64,000 nt of DNA from positions 60,388 through 124,387 of the IMG/VR virus record IMGVR_UViG_3300033075_001196. The stretch is one strand, 5' to 3'. The notes beneath the pieces are model-generated. The model was not told the DNA's origin, made no database searches, and worked only from the letters and a program-made list of their open reading frames with translations. This DNA comes from a virus (Duplodnaviria; Caudoviricetes). The first letter of the stretch is position 1. Each line of letters begins with the position of its first letter. This document shows, piece by piece, positions 58,662-64,000 of the stretch. Position numbers and translations under genes: made by a program.

Positions 58662-59816
58662 TTACCTCACATATATTGCTAATGGTGCTTTCATCAATTG
58701 ATTTTGTAATGCATCCGATTCAGCTTGTTTTCTTTCCAATTGTGCTTGCCTTGAAGTACTTTCTAATAACTCTTTTAATTCCGTCAACAAATTTTCTTGT
58801 TCTGCGGAAGCCTGTGTAATTAGATCAGAAGCATTTAAAGTTATCTCAGAATCTCCAAATGGTAATGAACTATACTTTCCACGAATTAATCCCAATGTTT
58901 CTTTAGCTATAGATAATCCATATCGTCTTATCCAATCTTTACCTAAATCATTAATTGTTGAATATGTTAAATTTGAATATGGTATATTACTTATATCAGA
59001 TATTTTACCAGAATTTGATCCTGATAAATTAGCATCTAATACTTCCGAATCTAATGTGTATTGAAATCTTAAAGTCAACTCTTCAACTGGTACTGGAAAT
59101 ATCCATAACCTGTCATTTGTTAATTGGAAACTGTATGCCGATCCCCTAATTTGATCTGACATTTCTATTGCTTGAACTTTTATCAAATCATAATTCAACG
59201 GCATTAATATTGATTCACCAGTAGTCCCTTGCCATCCAAAATCTTGCATCAACCCATAATTACCAGTTATATTCATTGGATCAACATTTGCTCCTTGAAA
59301 TGCATTATAAAATATCTTTCTGATAGTAAAAATATCTGTATTGAAGTTACCCTTCTCAAGCGAAACAGAAGAAGTATCTTTAAAGTTATAAACTTGTTGA
59401 CCAATATTTAAGGAAATAGATCCTGTATAATATGTTAAGTTGCCTCCTACTCCAGTTTCAGTTGCATATTGTTTTGCCAATTTGAATACACCTGCTAATG
59501 TTGGTTGTATATATTGTGACTGTAAATCTAATGATGATGTTGGCAAGCCAGACACATTAATTAAATTATCTCTTGCATTAAATAAAGAAATTAATGTACC
59601 ATATTTAGAAACTGCATCTTCAAATGATGCATAAAAATTTAGATCAACTAATTCAATATTAGTAATTGGATATCCTAACCTTTGTGCAGCCCATGTAGCA
59701 AACTTATCACAATCAGTTCTAAATGAGGCGTCAGTATCATAAAATCCAAATGGGGTAGAGCCAGTAGTAAAACTACTAGAACCTGGCCATATATAAATCA
59801 TTGGTTCAAACGCCAT
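58662..59816 (-). CDS. Neck/head-tail adaptor protein (gp13-like)
   Basis: RLGYP..IEL, WIRRY..KE.LG..RGKY..LN..E..L. Confidence 0.75.
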   Translation of the reverse strand: MAFEPMIYIWPGSSSFTTGSTPFGFYDTDASFRTDCDKFATWAAQRLGYPITNIELVDLNFYASFEDAVSKYGTLISLFNARDNLINVSGLPTSSLDLQSQYIQPTLAGVFKLAKQYATETGVGGNLTYYTGSISLNIGQQVYNFKDTSSVSLEKGNFNTDIFTIRKIFYNAFQGANVDPMNITGNYGLMQDFGWQGTTGESILMPLNYDLIKVQAIEMSDQIRGSAYSFQLTNDRLWIFPVPVEELTLRFQYTLDSEVLDANLSGSNSGKISDISNIPYSNLTYSTINDLGKDWIRRYGLSIAKETLGLIRGKYSSLPFGDSEITLNASDLITQASAEQENLLTELKELLESTSRQAQLERKQAESDALQNQLMKAPLAIYVR

Positions 59817-59910
59817 ACTTAATTTCCTTACCTATGTCAATAGTAATTATTTTTATTAATAAATATATTAAAATAGAAAGATCCATTGACACATCTAATC
59901 TATTTAAGTT

Positions 59911-60246
59911 TTATACGTCTTTCCAAAGACCTTGTTGTATTGTTTCTGTATTTTTAAGAGCTTCATACGCCACCTTATAAATATTTCCACCAGTTTCTGG
60001 ATCATATTTAAACTCTACCCCAAATGCATGAATAGGTCTGACATATTTATTCCTTGCATCAGCATCAGCGTACACAAAAACATATGCCATATTTTCAATA
60101 ATTTTTCTAAATTTCAATGTTTCGAAATCATTTTCATCTGTTTCGAAATATTCTTCTTCAGAATTTCCTAAACTTATCTTCCGAATAATAAAGTATGCCT
60201 CTGCATAAAATTGATCCGCGAATGTAAAACTTCCTTGTACTGCCAT
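59911..60246 (-). CDS. Hypothetical protein
   Basis: 111-aa ORF. Confidence 0.65.
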   Translation of the reverse strand: MAVQGSFTFADQFYAEAYFIIRKISLGNSEEEYFETDENDFETLKFRKIIENMAYVFVYADADARNKYVRPIHAFGVEFKYDPETGGNIYKVAYEALKNTETIQQGLWKDV

Positions 60247-60247
60247 A

Positions 60248-60907
60248 TTATTTTCTATATTCTTCTATTAATTTAAAAACATCTGATAAAACTTCATGTC
60301 TGTGATTTTCTTTTAATTCAATAAATGTAATGTGATCGGATTTCTTCAAAATTGATAATATTGTTCCAACAGATTTAAACCTAGTTGATAAATCAATTTG
60401 ATCTAAATCGCCACAAAAAATCATTTTTGATTCTTTTCCTAACCTTCCCAAACACATTATTAATTGGGTTTCTGTTAAATTCTCGAATTCATCTACTATA
60501 ATAACTGAACGTTCGAATGTCCTTCCCCTAAAATGGGTTAAAGCACATAATTCAATTTTCTTATCAGCCTCTAATTGTTTGACCTTTTCAGCATTATATG
60601 CTTTATTCATATTGTCTCTAATTGGAACTAACCATGGATCCATTTTTTCTTGTATTGTTCCTGGTAAGAATCCATTTTCTTCAGAAGAAACAGTTGGTCT
60701 AGTTATAACTATCTTTTCTACTTGTCTGGTAAAAAATAGATCCAATGCAATTTGAGTTGCCAACGCGGTTTTACCAGAACCTGCCCTTCCCATTAGGAAG
60801 TTGATTGGTTTTTGAATTATTAATTCTTTAGCTAATTTTTGTTCTTCATTAAGAACAATATTAAATTTGACATCACCCTTAGGTTTTCGTTTAGTACTAT
60901 TATCCAT
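60248..60907 (-). CDS. phoH: PhoH-like ATPase
   Basis: GRAGSGKT, ITRP, GFLPG, RGRTF, VDE, GD..QID, NHRH. Confidence 0.93.
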   Translation of the reverse strand: MDNSTKRKPKGDVKFNIVLNEEQKLAKELIIQKPINFLMGRAGSGKTALATQIALDLFFTRQVEKIVITRPTVSSEENGFLPGTIQEKMDPWLVPIRDNMNKAYNAEKVKQLEADKKIELCALTHFRGRTFERSVIIVDEFENLTETQLIMCLGRLGKESKMIFCGDLDQIDLSTRFKSVGTILSILKKSDHITFIELKENHRHEVLSDVFKLIEEYRK

Positions 60908-60966
60908 CTTCTCCTAATCTTTATTCTTTAATAAATATTATTTAAAAATTGGTTAACCTTATAAAC

Positions 60967-60999
60967 AAAAAAATAGTGGATAAAATTTTACCCACTATT
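60967..60999 (-). terminator. Intrinsic terminator after the small lipoprotein gene
   Basis: Sense AATAGTGGGTAAAATTTTATCCACTATT followed by a T-run. Confidence 0.75.
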
Positions 61000-61020
61000 C
61001 TAATAATACCTTTGTCGATA

Positions 61021-61179
61021 TTATTTAAGAGAATCAATTGTTGCAGAATCAATTGTTGCTGATGTGCTATCAACAGTTTCAATTGTCTCTACAGTGGGAG
61101 ATTTTGGTGATTTGCACGCAGTTGCTGTAGACATTATCATTATTGCAGCCGCGATTTCAAAGTAATTAATCAATTTCAT
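61021..61179 (-). CDS. Small lipoprotein, 52 aa (not in ORF track)
   Basis: MKLINYFEIAAAIMIMSTATA-C22-KSPKSPTVETIETVDSTSATIDSATIDSLK; lipobox-like ATAC; flanked by terminators. Confidence 0.7.
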   Translation of the reverse strand: MKLINYFEIAAAIMIMSTATACKSPKSPTVETIETVDSTSATIDSATIDSLK

Positions 61180-61261
61180 AATAAGAAGTTTTTTTTAAAA
61201 ATTTTTAAAATCGTATACATAATATATATATTACATTTTTTTGAATTTAATATATGAACAT

Positions 61262-61292
61262 AAAAAAAGGGATGATTTTTCAACCATCCCTT
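61262..61292 (-). terminator. Intrinsic terminator after major capsid gene
   Basis: Sense AAGGGATG..CATCCC followed by a T-run. Confidence 0.8.
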
Positions 61293-61312
61293 AATTTTTT
61301 TATCTAATTAGA

Positions 61313-62947
61313 TTAAATAGAATTTAATCCTTCAATGAATAATTTACCGTAGAATTCTGGTCTCAACATTTTCTTAGCATATCGAGTTCTTATACCAATT
61401 CTTGGAGTAAAGTTATCCGGATCCATTACCACTGGAGTCATCTCTAATGGAATATATGGAGAATAAACCGCACCTGCTTCTAAGAATGAAGCTCCTTTAT
61501 ATCCAACTAATATGCAGTTTTCAGACATATATGGATTTTTGTACACTGTGTATTGGTTATTGATTTGACCAACTTTTCTAGCACCCATTCCGAACTTAGA
61601 TTGTCCACCTGAAGTGTCGACTCCAAATCCTTCAATTGATTCTAAAATTGTGCATATCTTAGGAGAAGTAACTAAAAATGTAGCTCCACCTCTTAATGTC
61701 AATCTATCAATCTCGTTACTCATTTTTCTTAGTTTAGTACCAATAGTTTGGAACCAAGTTTGTTGAGTATATGCTGCTACGTTAGCAGATGTTTGTGTCC
61801 AAGAAGATCCAACTTTTTCATATCCCAATCTAGCTGACCAATAATCAACTGTTTGAGCTCCTTGAATTAACATATCAAGTAATTCAAAATCAATTTCTTG
61901 ATTGATGTACTCACCCAATAATGTAGTTAATTCGCTTTGAGCGTCAATATTGTGATAGTGTTCAATATCTTCCGCAAATTCTGGAGTCCATTGTGCTTTT
62001 AATTTCTTAGATTTAGCAATCAATGTATCTTGGTGCATTTGTAAATCAAATGATGGGATATCCAATGGATCTTCCTGAGTTTTTCCTTCCTCAAAATCAC
62101 CACGTGTAATATCAGTCGGTTGCTTTTGGTAATAAATTACAGCATCTGATGAGCTAACCAATGATCCCGAAACAATAAATGTAACATATGTACCGGTAGA
62201 ATCCACTGCTGTAAATTCTGGAAAGTGTGTATTAAGATTCGTTGCAGTTATACTAAACGCTCTAACACCTTTAGTATCTGGATCAGTTAATCTACTTAAT
62301 GGGATTGTAACTTTCTTTAAAGTTGCACCTAAAGCAGCTTGACTAGCAGAAAATTCTGTGTTATAATTAAGATCAGATAACCAAGAAATTGTATCAATTG
62401 AACCAGAACCTAAAGCCAATTGTCCTGCAGATGCAGTTAACAATAAGTTTTGAGCTGATGATGATACATCATTAATTGAATATGCAAATCTACCTGCGCC
62501 GTAAAGACCACCTGTTCCTACTGCAGTACCTTTCGTTGCATCTGTCACACCCCATACTGAATCATTTTGTGATGTTCTAGCTGCACCAGTTGTAAATCCT
62601 GGTTGGCCAGTTGCATATTTAAATTCTAACCAGAAGACAAGTCCTGATGGTGCATTTAATGGTTGAGTAGAAATAAATTCCTTAGCAGATAAGCTACTGA
62701 ATACACGTCTTACCAACGGTAATGCAATTCCTGACCATTCTTCTCCACCAGCAGTAGTATTAGTTCTGTTGGCTTCTTTAATTAATTGTTTAGCTTGATT
62801 TTCAAGCAAATCAGATACTTGTCCTTCTTGGATAGCATCTAGACCGTCCAACAGTCCTGTTTTTTTCCATTTTAAACGAGTCGCTTCTGTTTGTCTCTTG
62901 CGATTGTTTAATTCCGGATTGGATGTTAATAATGATTTAGTGTCCAT
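61313..62947 (-). CDS. Major capsid protein (gp23-like); start probably ATG 62947
   Basis: KW..TGLL, LLENQ, LPLVRR, QP..PSGL.F, KLKAQWT.E, EID.E, YSPYIPL, FTP..G..TRY. Confidence 0.95.
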   Translation of the reverse strand: MDTKSLLTSNPELNNRKRQTEATRLKWKKTGLLDGLDAIQEGQVSDLLENQAKQLIKEANRTNTTAGGEEWSGIALPLVRRVFSSLSAKEFISTQPLNAPSGLVFWLEFKYATGQPGFTTGAARTSQNDSVWGVTDATKGTAVGTGGLYGAGRFAYSINDVSSSAQNLLLTASAGQLALGSGSIDTISWLSDLNYNTEFSASQAALGATLKKVTIPLSRLTDPDTKGVRAFSITATNLNTHFPEFTAVDSTGTYVTFIVSGSLVSSSDAVIYYQKQPTDITRGDFEEGKTQEDPLDIPSFDLQMHQDTLIAKSKKLKAQWTPEFAEDIEHYHNIDAQSELTTLLGEYINQEIDFELLDMLIQGAQTVDYWSARLGYEKVGSSWTQTSANVAAYTQQTWFQTIGTKLRKMSNEIDRLTLRGGATFLVTSPKICTILESIEGFGVDTSGGQSKFGMGARKVGQINNQYTVYKNPYMSENCILVGYKGASFLEAGAVYSPYIPLEMTPVVMDPDNFTPRIGIRTRYAKKMLRPEFYGKLFIEGLNSI

Positions 62948-62967
62948 TTTTTCCTTTTTTTTATTTA

Positions 62968-63780
62968 TTAAAGACCTGCAAGTTTTTGCCATCTTTCTTT
63001 GTTAACAAATACATTTTCGTTAATTGGTTTAGCTATTGATTTAACAGCCTTTGATGCAGCTCCTTCAGTTATCTTTCTAGCTGGTTTATCATTTCTCTTA
63101 GAAAAATTCCCTGCCATAGTTACATAAACTATTTTAGTTTCTTTAAGGTTATCACATCTATCAAATGCTTCCAACACTTTCATTTTCTGTGCTTCAGTTA
63201 ATGAATACTTTCCTAAAATTTTAGTAGTATATAATAATTTAGCATTTAAAACTCCCACTTCATTAAGTATGGATTTTTGTGAGCTAATTACTTTATACGC
63301 TTCTTTTAATTTTCTCTTCAATTGACGGTTTTCCATTGTTGGTGATGATTTAGGTCCGCAATCTTCATCTTCTTCTGTTTCCAATTCATCTTCAACTTCT
63401 TGAAGAATTTCATCAATCATTTCATCGTCAACTTCTTCTTCTTCAGATGCTACTTCATCAACTAATGGATCATCCATTGTTTCTTCATCTTCCATTCCTG
63501 TGTCGCCTTCTAGTTCGGCAAGAACTTCATCTAAATCAACATCCTCTTCTTCATCATCCATTTCTGGTGCTGCAGGAGGCATTTCTTCTGTAGCTGTAGG
63601 TTCAGCTGGCGGCATTTCTGTGTCGTCTTCTTCGTCTTCTAATCCTTCTTCTGCTATTCTTCTTGAAAGCATTGATTGCATTTGTGGTGCAAAAGCTTCT
63701 GTTAAGGTTGAAATAGCACTTTTTTCTGCAATTGCTCTGACTGCCTTAGCATCAGCTATTGCTTCTTTAAGTAAATTCAT
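62968..63780 (-). CDS. Prohead core/scaffold protein
   Basis: LLKEAIADAKAVR, long acidic region, LNAKLLY, C-terminal RWQKLAGL; directly upstream of capsid. Confidence 0.8.
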   Translation of the reverse strand: MNLLKEAIADAKAVRAIAEKSAISTLTEAFAPQMQSMLSRRIAEEGLEDEEDDTEMPPAEPTATEEMPPAAPEMDDEEEDVDLDEVLAELEGDTGMEDEETMDDPLVDEVASEEEEVDDEMIDEILQEVEDELETEEDEDCGPKSSPTMENRQLKRKLKEAYKVISSQKSILNEVGVLNAKLLYTTKILGKYSLTEAQKMKVLEAFDRCDNLKETKIVYVTMAGNFSKRNDKPARKITEGAASKAVKSIAKPINENVFVNKERWQKLAGL

Positions 63781-63915
63781 TTTAAATTCCTTGTGTAAAT
63801 TGTGTCTCTAAGATTATTGAGAATCTTAATATAGATTGTTAAATAGTTTAACGATTGGATATTGGGGATCCAATATAATTTCTAAAATATATATTATTCA
63901 AATTTTGAAAACATA

Positions 63916-63999
63916 TTATTTTACTAACTTGCTTATAACTTTTTGTTTATGAATCGCTTTAGACATCATGTCTTTTTTGATTCTTGATGGTTTTACATA
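63916..63999 (-). CDS. rpsU: Ribosomal protein bS21-like, C-terminal 27 aa (runs off window edge)
   Basis: Manual translation YVKPSRIKKDMMSKAIHKQKVISKLVK*: [YF].KPS..[RK] and KA...Q of bS21; position upstream of scaffold/capsid. Confidence 0.62.
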   Translation of the reverse strand, partial: YVKPSRIKKDMMSKAIHKQKVISKLVK

Positions 64000-64000
64000 T

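Noticed and set aside
63360-63650. Low-complexity GAA/GAT repeats and a duplicated EMPPA
   Set aside because: Explained by the acidic scaffold protein sequence
1349-63811. Many plus-strand ORFs of 60-156 aa in the ORF track
   Set aside because: All are antisense shadows of clear minus-strand genes and show no recognisable motifs
1-64000. tRNA, rRNA or CRISPR arrays
   Set aside because: Intergenic gaps are short and AT-rich; no cloverleaf or repeat array was recognised by eye (a tRNAscan/Infernal run would be needed to be certain)

Overview
A 64 kb, very AT-rich segment of a large T4-like (myovirus-type) dsDNA phage; essentially all genes are on the minus strand. In transcription order (right to left) it has: the 3' end of a probable ribosomal protein bS21, scaffold, major capsid, PhoH, neck, tail sheath/tube, tail chaperones, tape measure and baseplate; a replication block (PolA-like domain, SSB, RecA/UvsX, 5'-3' flap nuclease, helicase, class II RNR, PolB, clamp, clamp loader); a dispersed 7-deazaguanine DNA-modification pathway (FolE, QueD, QueE, QueC, DpdA-like); an NAD-reconstitution pair (PRS-like + NAMPT-like); and a glycosylation cluster. 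TTTG-N20-TAnnTTWA promoters and DUF4494-like and Hc1-like genes suggest a Bacteroidota host. The most notable feature is the flap-nuclease gene. It is broken inside its catalytic IIDG-T-N motif by 5 extra nt (ACC-TG-ACA: Thr codon, UGA, Thr codon), directly behind a 22-bp GC-rich coding hairpin, which looks like a programmed ribosomal stop-hop/bypass. Two weaker recoding candidates lie at the RecA intein/endonuclease junction and the tail chaperone. RecA and the clamp-loader ATPase are each fractured by a split intein with an endonuclease gene between the halves; the RecA intein has only an 18-aa N-fragment. Late genes carry Shine-Dalgarno motifs that most replication genes lack, alongside a phage bS21 variant. 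All functional calls come from motif recognition by eye; no database search was run.
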